From Polyangiaceae bacterium (GTDB lineage: Bacteria; Myxococcota_A; Polyangia; Polyangiales; Polyangiaceae): a DNA stretch of 47,529 bases. The notes under the pieces were generated by a model. That model was given only the letters and a program-made list of their open reading frames with translations. It was not told where the DNA came from and made no database searches. The position numbers and the translations under genes were made by a program. The stretch spans positions 1-47,529 of the forward strand of contig JBNKBE010000033.1 of NCBI GenBank assembly GCA_050287085.1, given 5' to 3'. Positions 9,224 to 19,200 of the stretch are shown one piece after another. Position 1 is the first letter of the stretch, and each line of letters begins with the position of its first letter.

Positions 9224-10210
9224 TCAGCCGGGGTACCAGATCTTGCGCGGATCGTCGGCCGCTCGTTGATAGTCGAAGGCTTCGTCGGCCAAGCGCTTCA
9301 TGTCGTAGCGAGGACGCCAGCCGAGGAGTAACTTGGCCTTGGCGTTGTCGAGCCACGTGCTGTGGTATTCGGTCTTGATATCAACCGTCGGAAGGCCGCG
9401 TGACTCGCGCAGGTAGCTGCCCAGTTCACCGTAGTCGACGGGCTCGTTTAGGCAGATGTTGAAGAGTTGCTGTCGCGCCTGAGGATTGTCGATGGCTGCC
9501 AGAATCGCGCTTGAGAGGTCGTCGACATGAACGAAGTTGCGCTTGACCGGTGCGCCCTTGGCATCGAGCATGATGGGGACGGCACCTCTCGCGTGATACT
9601 GGGCCGCTTCTGCTGGCGCGACCAGGTCACACCACCTCGGCCCGCCGAAAACGTCCGGGCCAAACGATAGCTGATACTTGAAGTCGTCCTTTTCCATAAT
9701 CCACGGAGCTCGCAGGCAGCAGCCGTTGAGATCGTATTGGACGTAGTACTGCTCCAACATCACCTCTTCGAGTACCTTGGACAGTGCGTAGCACCCGGGG
9801 TAGGCGCGGTGAGGCTGGTCTTCGGTGATGGGTACGGCTCTCGGGTAAACGAAGTGCCCAACGCCTGCGTCGCCGCCGATCAGGATGAACTGCTTCAAGG
9901 TAGGGCTCAATCGGGCCTCCTCCAGCAGCCAGAACATGCCTTTGATCGCCACGTCCATGATGGCGTCGGGTGTTTCTTTGCAGGTGGCCAGATGCAGCAC
10001 GTGTGTGGCGCCTGTCAGCGCTTCCGCGACGGCGCCTCGATCCGAAATCGACCCCTTGACGACCGACAGCCGCTCGCTTTCGTCGAGCATGCGGCTATGA
10101 CACAAGGCTCTTACCTTGAAGTCTTCAAATCCAGGTTCCTTCAGAAGTCGTCCAATGAAGTGTTGACCGACTTTGCCGGTTGCGCCGGTGATCAAGATGA
10201 TGCGTGACAT
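9224..10210 (-). CDS. NAD(P)-dependent epimerase/dehydratase-family (extended SDR) oxidoreductase
   Basis: ITGATGKVG Rossmann motif, YALSK catalytic motif, RNFVHVDD; ATG 10210 with GAGGAG RBS. Confidence 0.85.
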   Translation of the reverse strand: MSRIILITGATGKVGQHFIGRLLKEPGFEDFKVRALCHSRMLDESERLSVVKGSISDRGAVAEALTGATHVLHLATCKETPDAIMDVAIKGMFWLLEEARLSPTLKQFILIGGDAGVGHFVYPRAVPITEDQPHRAYPGCYALSKVLEEVMLEQYYVQYDLNGCCLRAPWIMEKDDFKYQLSFGPDVFGGPRWCDLVAPAEAAQYHARGAVPIMLDAKGAPVKRNFVHVDDLSSAILAAIDNPQARQQLFNICLNEPVDYGELGSYLRESRGLPTVDIKTEYHSTWLDNAKAKLLLGWRPRYDMKRLADEAFDYQRAADDPRKIWYPG

Positions 10211-11032
10211 GCTGCTCCTCTGCGCACGCGAACACAGCGTGGGCAGGGGACGTGTAGCCACCTTTGCGACGGGCTACCAGTCCCAATCTACGCCTCGCTT
10301 TCTCGCTGAGACGTCTGATCTGTCGTCGATGGCCTTGGCTATCCGGCCGTCAGCCCGCACGAGAAGACCTTGGAATCCAGGCGGATAGGTGCGCGCAAAT
10401 GCTTGTCTATGCGTTTTCGACGGAATTCGGCGCGTGGAGGCTTCCGGTATGCTCAAGCGCGGGGTATGCCGCTGCCCGACGAGCGGAGGGGGCTCCTTCA
10501 CGTTCGAGCGAGCGAGATGACTGGGCCAAAGCGACGACCTGATGGAGCTGCGTATCAATCGCGGCATTCGCTGGCACAAGGACTATGACATTGCTGCCAG
10601 CGTTGAAGCGCGAGTGCGCGGGTGCACGCGCCGGCGTGTGGGTGGTGGCAGCGCGGGGCGGGGCCTTGACGCGAAGCAAGGGGGCACTTTGCATCCCAGG
10701 CCGCTCGCGATCAGTACACTGTTTTGCAATACCCCGGTGCAGGTTCCAGCAAGGGGGCCCTTTTTTACCATGTGTGCATGCGGACCCCTCGGATTTGCTT
10801 TCGCGGCGAGTCCATCGATGTTCCGCAGACCCTGCGCACCTGCTACATGTATCGTTAGGCGCTAAGCACCTCTTAGGTTTCACTACTCGTCTCACAGGAC
10901 GATAGCTTTCAGAGTAACATCCAAACCATGTCAACATCCCTCAATGCATCCGGGTCTGTTCATTCGAAGTCCACGAAGTCAGTAAGGCCCAGCACCAACC
11001 TTGATTCGAATACCCCGTTCGCGGAGGGTCCC

Positions 11033-12331
11033 ATGAAGCAACTCGTTCTTATTTCAATTCCCGCACTCGCATTGGCCTTTGGCTGTGGCGACACCACCCA
11101 GACCGTACCCGGCATTCCGGGCGGCGGCGGCGCCCCGGCAGCCGGAACGGGAGGCGCGCCGACCGCTGGCGGCGGCGGCGCCCCGGACGCGACGGCGGGT
11201 AGTATGAACAACGGTGGTGCGGCCCCAGTGGCAGGTGGTGGCGCTGGCGGCGCTGGTGGCGCCGAGCCGCCCCCAGCCCCGGTTTGTGGCGACGGCAAGG
11301 TAGAAGGCTCCGAGCAGTGTGACGATGGTAACACCACGCCCGGGGACGGCTGTGACGCGCTTTGCGTCAAAGAGGCCACCGCCGAATGCGGCAACGGTGC
11401 GATGGACGCTGGCGAAGAGTGCGATGACGGCAACAACGTCGACGGTGATGGCTGCCAAGCGAACTGCACCATCACGCCCGCCTGTGGCGACGGCGCGATG
11501 AATACCGCCGAAGAAGAGTGCGACGACGGCAACACGATGGACGGCGACGGCTGCAGCGCCATGTGTAAGACCGAAGCCGCCTGCGGCGACGGCAAGATGG
11601 ACGCCGGCGAAGAGTGCGATGACGGCAACACGATGGACGGCGACGCTTGCAACGCCGACTGCACCCTGCCGGCGGATCTGGCTAGCTACGCAGCGGAACT
11701 GCACGGCGAAACCATCATCATGCCCTGCGGTACCTTCACCTCTACCGAGGTTTGTACCCCGGTCAACATCGGGCGGAGCTTCCAGGGGGATCCCGGTTTG
11801 CAAGGGCAAATCTCCCATTATAAGGAGATCACCTTCGGGGGCGATCCGGGCACCATGTACGAGGTTACGGTGCACGTGCGCGGTCTGGTTGAGTCCAAGC
11901 AATACAACGGCGGTATGGATCGCGACAGCAGCGGCACCCAGATCCCGGCGGATGGGCTCTATATCGGCGGCACTCCGGACAACAGTAGCAACGGCTACAA
12001 CGTCTACCGCTTGCGCACGGAGTCCCCGGCCCAAAACTACTTTCTCAATTCCGTGGGTGTGCCGGGTAACAACCGCATGTGCCACTGCGTATTTGACACC
12101 GACTATGACTTCACCTTCGACGTCGAAGGGGGCTCCAAGATCATCGTCTCCTCCGCGGATCCAAACAACAGCGCGATTGCCAACTGCGGTATCGCGGCCG
12201 ACAACGTCTGCGCGGGAACCGAGGTCAGTCTGACCGATCTGGATCCTGAGATCGCCGATGATATCGGAGCTCAGCCCTACAACGGCCAGTTCTTGGGCTT
12301 CATCGTCAAGGACGTAAAGGTCAAGCAGTAG
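11033..12331 (+). CDS. Surface lipoprotein: Gly/Ala linker, 4 Myxococcus Cys-rich (DUF4215-type) repeats and an unrecognised 218-aa C-terminal domain
   Basis: ATG 11033 with GGAGG RBS; lipobox LAFG-C; repeats CG(D/N)G...E(E/Q)CDDGN...GD(G/A)C...C; paralog at 25988-27808. Confidence 0.85.
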   Translation: MKQLVLISIPALALAFGCGDTTQTVPGIPGGGGAPAAGTGGAPTAGGGGAPDATAGSMNNGGAAPVAGGGAGGAGGAEPPPAPVCGDGKVEGSEQCDDGNTTPGDGCDALCVKEATAECGNGAMDAGEECDDGNNVDGDGCQANCTITPACGDGAMNTAEEECDDGNTMDGDGCSAMCKTEAACGDGKMDAGEECDDGNTMDGDACNADCTLPADLASYAAELHGETIIMPCGTFTSTEVCTPVNIGRSFQGDPGLQGQISHYKEITFGGDPGTMYEVTVHVRGLVESKQYNGGMDRDSSGTQIPADGLYIGGTPDNSSNGYNVYRLRTESPAQNYFLNSVGVPGNNRMCHCVFDTDYDFTFDVEGGSKIIVSSADPNNSAIANCGIAADNVCAGTEVSLTDLDPEIADDIGAQPYNGQFLGFIVKDVKVKQ

Positions 12332-12353
12332 TAGCCTAGAACCCCGGCAGCTG

Positions 12354-12408
12354 AACTCCCGAGTGGGTCCTCCTGGAGGACTCACCGGGAGTTTCCCGGT
12401 GGGCTTTT
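12354..12408 (+). terminator. Long hairpin, probable terminator
   Basis: AACTCCCG-A-GTGGGTCCTC / GAGGACTCAC-CGGGAGTT stem just after the double TAG stop, with TTTT downstream. Confidence 0.6.
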
Positions 12409-12974
12409 GGCGCGTCGCTGAGCCCAGCAGTGATGCGCAGGTAGATGTGGGGGAAAGCTAGCGCTGGCCTAGCCGCCTTGAGCACGCTCTCGCCGCGGAG
12501 GGAGGTATGGCGCTTGTTGCTTGAGTTTGTGAGACGCGAATTCTTTGCCGTTCACTTCTACTAGCAACTGATCTGACTTGCCATTTGCTGCTTGGCTAGC
12601 GAGACAGATGCAGCAACCTCAGTGGAGATTTCAAAGCGAGCCTACTCACGTTCCGAAAAGAGCAACGCTTCACCACTTTGTCGTTTTCAAGTGCGATCTG
12701 CTCGTGTTACGTGCACCTCGCTCGCGCAAGTGGGCCGCTGGAGAAGTTGAGGTATATGCGCTGCAGGTGAGCGATAGGCCACCGTCGGCCTGTGCTGAGC
12801 TTCACTCCCGCACCGGTCCGGGTAGCCACGATGTCAAACGCTACATCGCCAACCAGAGCCTCGAGTACAGTCAAGGTCTTAGAACCAGCACGAGTCGTGG
12901 GTTAATATGCGTCGCAGCGTCGAGACGACTCAAGACGTCCAGGAAGCGGCGTCAAAAAGAACCGTAGCGCTAGC

Positions 12975-14432
12975 ATGAATCATAGGGTCAACATGAACCG
13001 AATACGCGGGCTCCGACGGGTGGCGGTGGCCATCTTTGCGGCACTGCCTTTTCTAGCTGGCACCGCTCACGCCGACGTCGACTTGATCGAAGCCGGTGAC
13101 TGGACGTTCTACTCCGGTGGGCGGGTCAATAGCTTTCTGAGCTATGGCTTTGGGGATGGCTTTCCTCAGCCGGTGCCTCCCCCTCTAAACGAGCAGGGCG
13201 GGGAAACTCGTTCGAGCTACACCATTATTCAGGGCTGGAGCGGTTGGCGAGGGGATCCGCCACAAGAAGGGGCTGACGGCAAGTACCAGGCAGCCCGCAT
13301 TCGCAGCGGTTTTGTGGGCAGCATCTTTGGTTTTGGCGTGCGGCGGCCGCTCACGGAAACCATGACGATTCGTGGGTATGTTGGGATTTGGACCAGCATT
13401 GCCTCTGTGCAGCGCAAGGCGCTGCCCGACAGCCCAGCCACACTGACCAACACCGACGCCCGCCAGGGCTACTTGCGGCTATCAGCCCCCTGGGGTGAAT
13501 TGACGGCGGGGCGTGACCTGACCATCTTTGGCCGCATTTCCACGGAAACCGACTACAACTACGCCCACGGCGTGGGGCTCGGTTTGCCTTGTATGGACAA
13601 CGCGGGTAACCCGGGTTGCGGCCATATTGGAACAGGTGTGTTGGGGGCCTCTTTTGGCTCCGGTTTTGTCTACAGCACCCCGGAGTTCGGTGGGCTGAAG
13701 CTCACCGCTGGCCTCTACGATCCAGTACGCATCTTGGGTGGCTGGGTAGCCGCTGACTATCCCCGGCCGGAAGCGCAGCTGGCCTGGACCCAATCCTTCG
13801 CTGAAGATGGCATGGTCAAAGTTGCGGTAGAGGGCATCTACCAGAAGCTGCGTTATCCTGAGGCGCCGCGCGTGGACGCTGCGGAAGGCGTGAGTCCAGC
13901 CGACATTACGACCGATGTCTGGGGTGTGAACGCGGGGGCTCGCTTTGAGCTTGGGATGTTTCGCGTGGGGGCGGCCGTCTACCACGGCAAAGGGCTTGGC
14001 TTCTACTCCTCGCTCCAGAACGATCCGGTGATGTTCGACACCGAAACGGGTGAACTCAGGACCTTTACTGGGCTCTACGGCCAAACCGCGGTGGTGCTTG
14101 GGGCATGGCAGGTGGGGGTTGGTTTGGGGCAGACGAGGGTGGCCCAGTTGGCCAATGACATAGCCAATCTGACGGTAGCCCTTCCCCAGTCCCAGAGTGG
14201 TCTATCGGCCACCGTGGCTTATAAGGCGAGTGATAGTCTGGCCTTCGACGTGGAGTTCTTTCGCTTCATGACGAAGTGGTATGCGGCTCCCAACGCGCTC
14301 TACGCGACCAATCAAGACGGTTCGTTGATGACCGATGCGAACGGGGCTCCCGTGGTGATGGTGAATGGTTATCTGCCTCAGCACGAACAGAACGTTAACT
14401 TCCTCCAGGCAGGCGCAACCCTCCAGTGGTAG
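12975..14432 (+). CDS. Porin-like outer-membrane beta-barrel protein 1
   Basis: Signal peptide ending AHA-D; porin-like R-x-RSG, RQGY-x-x-L...WG-x-L-x-AGR and YSTPEFGGL segments; C-terminal amphipathic strand ending in W. The start may be 12993. Confidence 0.72.
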   Translation: MNHRVNMNRIRGLRRVAVAIFAALPFLAGTAHADVDLIEAGDWTFYSGGRVNSFLSYGFGDGFPQPVPPPLNEQGGETRSSYTIIQGWSGWRGDPPQEGADGKYQAARIRSGFVGSIFGFGVRRPLTETMTIRGYVGIWTSIASVQRKALPDSPATLTNTDARQGYLRLSAPWGELTAGRDLTIFGRISTETDYNYAHGVGLGLPCMDNAGNPGCGHIGTGVLGASFGSGFVYSTPEFGGLKLTAGLYDPVRILGGWVAADYPRPEAQLAWTQSFAEDGMVKVAVEGIYQKLRYPEAPRVDAAEGVSPADITTDVWGVNAGARFELGMFRVGAAVYHGKGLGFYSSLQNDPVMFDTETGELRTFTGLYGQTAVVLGAWQVGVGLGQTRVAQLANDIANLTVALPQSQSGLSATVAYKASDSLAFDVEFFRFMTKWYAAPNALYATNQDGSLMTDANGAPVVMVNGYLPQHEQNVNFLQAGATLQW

Positions 14433-14497
14433 TCCGGACAATGTCGACACTACGTAAATTTCAGCAGGCGATGAAGCAAGTATCCCGAGGAAACGGC

Positions 14498-16000
14498 ATG
14501 ACAATCCTAGGACAAAAGAAGCGGTCGAGCGTGCGCTCGGGAGTGCTGGTGACAACCCTGCTGTGGAGCAATTGGGCTGCCGCAGAGGTGCAGCTCGTCG
14601 AAAAGAACGGTTGGACCTTTTCTGCGGACGGCCGGGTGGGCGCATTCATGAGCTACACCTTCGGCGAGAACTTTCCGCAGGCCAACGCGGCGGCGGGCGC
14701 CGTGTCTGATGACCCCAACATGCCGGTAAAAGGAAGCCACGTGGTTCTCGGTGATACGCCGATCGCGAGCCGTCCGAGCGGTTTCGGTTTCGGAAGTCCA
14801 GGCCACAAGCAGGCCAACGGGGACAACGAGTTCAACATGTTTCGCGTTCGCAGCGGCGCGTTCCCCAACATGCTCGGTTTCTCCCTAGCACATGCGGTGA
14901 CGGAGACTACAAGCGCAACCGGGCACGTTCAGATCTGGGCTGCGTCGGAGTCATTGGGGCGGGACGCTTGGTACGCGCTGCAGCCGGACGTGCGTCAGGC
15001 CTACCTCGAGGTGGAGGGGGACTGGGGCAAGTTCACGGCGGGCCGTACCTTCAATATCTTGGGCCGCATGTCCTGGGAGATCGACAACGAATACGCCCAC
15101 CGCTACACCCACGGCCTGCCTTGTTCGGATGATATTGGGCCGACTTGCGGCCAAGTGGGAGCGGGTGCTCTGCATCCAGGCTTTGGCGCGGGTTTCATCT
15201 ACACCACACCCGACATGGGTGGGCTGACGGTGGACGTTGGCTTGTTTGATCCGGTGGTCATGTCGCTTTCGGGCGGCACGGGGTTTCCGCGCGCTACGAT
15301 CCCACGCCCGGAGGTAGCGGTAAGCTACGAAAGCAAGCTAGGGGGGGGGGGGCTTCTCAAGCTCAGCGGCGAGGCGGCCTATCAATCGGTGTCCGTGGTG
15401 CAGTCGGAAGATCACGATGGCGATGAGAATACGCCGAACCAGCAGACCGAAACGGATGCCTCGATTTGGGGCGTTTCCGGTGGGGCCAGGTTGGAGCTTG
15501 GTGCCGCGCGGATCGGCGCGGCGGCTTTCCACGGTAAGGGCGTAGGGCTGTATTACGCGTTCCAGGCCAACCGAGTCTCCGTTGGACCCGCCTTGGCGCC
15601 TTCGGCGGCCAACCCGGCGGTCTTTGCACCGGACCCAGCACACAGTGAAGTGCGCAGCTTTACCGGAGCTCACGCCCAGTTGGCTTTTGTCCTCGGAGAC
15701 GCGCAAGTCGGAGTGGGGGGCGGCGTTGGATCGGTTGGACAGCTGGATAGCGATGCCATCAATACGAACCTGAGTGCGCCCGACAAGCAGATCGGTCTGT
15801 CGTTTGCGGCTATCTACAACCTGAGCGATAACGTGGTGTTGGGGCTGGACTACATGCGCTTGATGGCAAGCTGGCACGGAGTACCGGAGGTCGATGGGGC
15901 AGGCGCAGTGCAGGTCAATCCCGACGGAAGCCCAGTGCTGAGGGAAGGAGAAGCCCAAGCGGTGAACTTCCTCAATGCCGGCATGACCTTTCATTGGTGA
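14498..16000 (+). CDS. Porin-like outer-membrane beta-barrel protein 2 (paralog of protein 1)
   Basis: ATG 14498 after GAGG; signal peptide AAA-EV; same motifs as the upstream paralog (RVRSG, RQAY...WG...AGR, YTTPDMGGL); ends FLNAGMTFHW. Confidence 0.72.
   Translation: MTILGQKKRSSVRSGVLVTTLLWSNWAAAEVQLVEKNGWTFSADGRVGAFMSYTFGENFPQANAAAGAVSDDPNMPVKGSHVVLGDTPIASRPSGFGFGSPGHKQANGDNEFNMFRVRSGAFPNMLGFSLAHAVTETTSATGHVQIWAASESLGRDAWYALQPDVRQAYLEVEGDWGKFTAGRTFNILGRMSWEIDNEYAHRYTHGLPCSDDIGPTCGQVGAGALHPGFGAGFIYTTPDMGGLTVDVGLFDPVVMSLSGGTGFPRATIPRPEVAVSYESKLGGGGLLKLSGEAAYQSVSVVQSEDHDGDENTPNQQTETDASIWGVSGGARLELGAARIGAAAFHGKGVGLYYAFQANRVSVGPALAPSAANPAVFAPDPAHSEVRSFTGAHAQLAFVLGDAQVGVGGGVGSVGQLDSDAINTNLSAPDKQIGLSFAAIYNLSDNVVLGLDYMRLMASWHGVPEVDGAGAVQVNPDGSPVLREGEAQAVNFLNAGMTFHW
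15341..15352 (+). repeat. G12 homopolymer in porin 2 (in frame, four Gly)
   Basis: AAGCTA-GGGGGGGGGGGG-CTT read directly. Confidence 0.9.
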
Positions 16001-16020
16001 CGTGAGGCGCACAGAGCTCA

Positions 16021-16063
16021 CGTCTCGTGAGCCCTATCGTGAGCACTGCCGTCTCGTGAGCCC
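16021..16063. repeat. Direct repeat CGTCTCGTGAGCCC x2 with a partial TCGTGAGC copy between
   Basis: Copies at 16021-16034 and 16050-16063, just after the porin 2 stop. Confidence 0.75.
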
Positions 16064-16082
16064 CGTGGGGCTTCCGGGCCAA

Positions 16083-16113
16083 GAAATACCCGCTCTAGTG
16101 AGCGGGTATTTTC
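16083..16113 (+). terminator. Probable Rho-independent terminator of the porin pair
   Basis: Perfect 12-bp stem AAATACCCGCTC / GAGCGGGTATTT with a 4-nt loop and T-rich 3' side. Confidence 0.7.
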
Positions 16114-16261
16114 GCATTTGGGAAGAGAGACTCCGGGCACGCAGGCTTGGGCGTCTGGCCCAAGCCATTTCGCCGGCTTGAGGTATTTCGAGGTGTCGGG
16201 GTTCGTATTAGCCTGCATGGCGTGTTGCCACCCGCGGGGTGAGCCGGAGGCGAGGCTGAAG

Positions 16262-19200
16262 ATGAAGAATGTGGTGACGATCCAGCAGGTAGCTCGGCTT
16301 TGGGCCGCGGGGTGCAGCTTGAGCTTGGGGGTTCTGATGATCGGCTGCGATCCAGATCCGATCAACCTCGCGGGCCTGGACTCGGGAGTGGGGGGCAGCC
16401 GAGTCACCTCGTCGGTTGTGCCGGTCACGCGGGCAGGGAGCGGCGGCGAAGGGGCCGAAGACGATGAGTCAGAGGCCCCTCTTACGGTGGGCGGAGCCAC
16501 CGGAGCAGATGGCGACGGGAGCGCGGGTGGTGGTGAGGCCGGGGATGCGGGTCTGGCCACGCCGGACTCCGGCGGCTGCGAGGAGGGGGAGCGCCGTTGC
16601 GCGCCGCAGCTCAAAGGTGTTGTGGAGAGCTGCGACGCCGGGGGGCGTTGGCAGCTGGTAGCGCAATGTGACGGGGAGGCGCCGAGCTGCTTTGAGGGAG
16701 ACTGTGTGGCTTGCGAAGCGGGGACAAGCAGCTGCGATGCTTCAGGGGTGCTGAGCTGCGGCAGCGACGGCCAGTGGGTGCAGAAGGAAGCCTGTCAGCC
16801 GGGGACCTATTGTGTCGATGGCGAGTTCATCTGCCGCGCCTGTGAGGACGACGAGCGGCAATGCCTAGATCACAATACGCTGGGCGTCTGCGCGGACGCT
16901 GAGTTTGTCGCTGAGCCGTGTGGCGGCGAGCAGCCCTATTGCGTGGATGGGCAGTGCCAGGCGTGCCATCCAAGCGAGAGCAAAGCATATTGTTCCGAAG
17001 GCAAACCCACGCGCTGCGAAGGGGGGCACTGGCAGGTTGGGGCACCTTGTGGCGGCGATACGCCGGTATGCAGTGAGACCTTGGGTGGGTGCGTGGCCTG
17101 TGAAGAGGGCGGCGCACGCTGCGGAGCCGATGGCACGCGTGAGCTTTGTGACGGCCTTGGGCGTTGGCAGCCAGCGCCATGTTCCGGCGCGTTTTCGGAG
17201 TGTCTGGCGGGGGAGTGCGTGGAGTGTGAACCGAGCCAGGCGCCGCCTTTGTGTCGGGAGGGGGCACGGCATGAGTGCAACGCCGCAGGGGCCTATGAAT
17301 TGGTGCAGCGTTGCGAGGGCAATACACCTGTTTGTCTGACGAACTTGGGGGAGTGTGGGGCCTGTTCAGAAGGCGAGCAGCAATGCTCCAACGACCACAC
17401 GGCCGTCGAAACCTGCAATGCCTCCGGCCAGTTTCAGTCCGCCGCGTGTTCCGGCTCGAAGCCTGTTTGCGACGCGGCTCAATGCGTGGAGTGCAGCGCA
17501 AGCTCCGGGGTTGTGGCGAGCTGCGCCGGAGCGACGCCGCTTCTGTGCGCAGCGGGCAAGTGGGTGGCGCAGGCGCCGTGTTCCGGGGATACGCCGAGCT
17601 GCGACGCCGGCACCGGGAGCTGCGTCTGTCGCGAGGGAGACTTTCGCTGCCAAGGCCCGGGAGGTGCGCGGCTAGAACGTTGCGAGCTGGGGCGCTGGGT
17701 GGCGCAGGCCACCTGTACGGGCTCAGCCCCCATCTGTGATGCCAGCGGCGGGGCATGTGTTTGCAACAACGGAGACTATCGTTGTACCGACGCGCAGCTG
17801 CTGCAGTGCGCAGCCGGAGCCTGGCTTGAAAAGACCCGCTGCTCCGGGCTTATAAGTCGCTGCGACGCGGCGCTGGCGCAGTGCGTCTGCCCTGATGGTA
17901 CCCTGAAGTGCACGGAGCCTCCGCCGGCCATTGCGGGCTTCAGTAGCAATAAGACAAGTCTGCCCGGCGGAGGTGGCGCCATCACGCTTTCGTGGAGCGT
18001 AACGGACGCAAGCGCGCTTTTCGTCGAGGCAGACGTCGGAGGCGACTTGGGCGTGGTCACTGGCACTTCCGTTTCGGTCACCGCGGCGCAGACCACGACC
18101 TACACCTTGGTGGCGACCAGTGGCGGCGGAGAGGCGCGTAAGAGCCTGGTGGTTGAGGTGAGTGCTAGCGGTGAATTGGATAGTTGGGCCGTGCGCAGCG
18201 GCACGAGCGACCAGGAGAATCCGGCGGCATTGGCGTTTGATGCCCAGGGTGGGCTTGTTGTGGTCGGATGGACCGACGCCGCTTTTCCGGGGCCACGGAT
18301 TGCACAGACCCTAGGGGCGACGGACCTATTCCTGCATCGCTATTCGAATACGGGCACTCGCACCTTGGCTCTCCAGTTTGGGACGCAGGCGAGCGATCTG
18401 GCGGCGGCCCTCGCCATCGATGGCGAGGGTGCAATTTGGGTTGCCGGGTATACCTATGGCGCCTTCGAGGGCAGCAACCGGGGGGGCAGCGACGCTTTGC
18501 TGGCCAAGTACTCATCCAAGGGCGTTCAACAGAAGCGTATCCAATTGGGGTCCAACAAGGACGACAAGGCTACCGGAGTGGCTGTGGGGGCCGACAACAG
18601 CGTGTATGTTTCGGGGTGGACCGAAGGAGCAGTCACAGGCACCAGCTTTGGCGCAAGGGACATCTTCTTGGCCCAATACACCTCAGCTGGCACCGAGTTG
18701 TGGCGTAAACAGCTGGGTTCGGCTGACTATGATGAGGGAAGGGCCATCGCGGTGAACGATAGCGGGACCGTATTTGTAGGGGGCTCTACTACAGGCGCGC
18801 TGAGCGCCTCGAAACCACCGAACTATCAGGCCGTTTTGGCTATCTACTCCAAGGACGGGGCGGCCCAGAAGGTTCTCCAGTTTGGACCCTCGTCCGGAGC
18901 CGGGATTTCCGCGCTTGCGATCGACAGCCAGGGCAACGCTGTTGTGGCAGGAAGCACTTCGGGTACCCTCGGTACGGTGGGTGCGCCCGCTGGAGGCAGT
19001 GACATATTTGTTGCCAAATACACCCCTTCGGGAACCCAGCTTTGGAGCCATCAGTTCGGGACTCCACAAGACGACACTGCTTATGGCGTTGCGCTTGACT
19101 CCTTGGACAACGTATTTGTGGTGGGTTCCACGGCAGGCGCATTCGACGGTGGCGCGGTCGGCGGAGTGTTTGTTGCGAAGCTCACTGCGGATGGCCAAAG

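Noticed and set aside
10571..10600. Sigma-54 promoter at CTGGCAC
   Set aside because: There is no TTGC at the required GG-N10-GC spacing.
11054..12385. Long antisense or alternative-frame ORFs (e.g. 11054-12385, 7247-8233, 23402-24247, 45410-46282)
   Set aside because: Shadow ORFs expected in high-GC DNA opposite well-supported genes; no recognisable motifs.
12578..12967. 129-aa ORF upstream of porin 1
   Set aside because: TTG start, no clear RBS, atypical composition and no motifs; more likely promoter or leader sequence.
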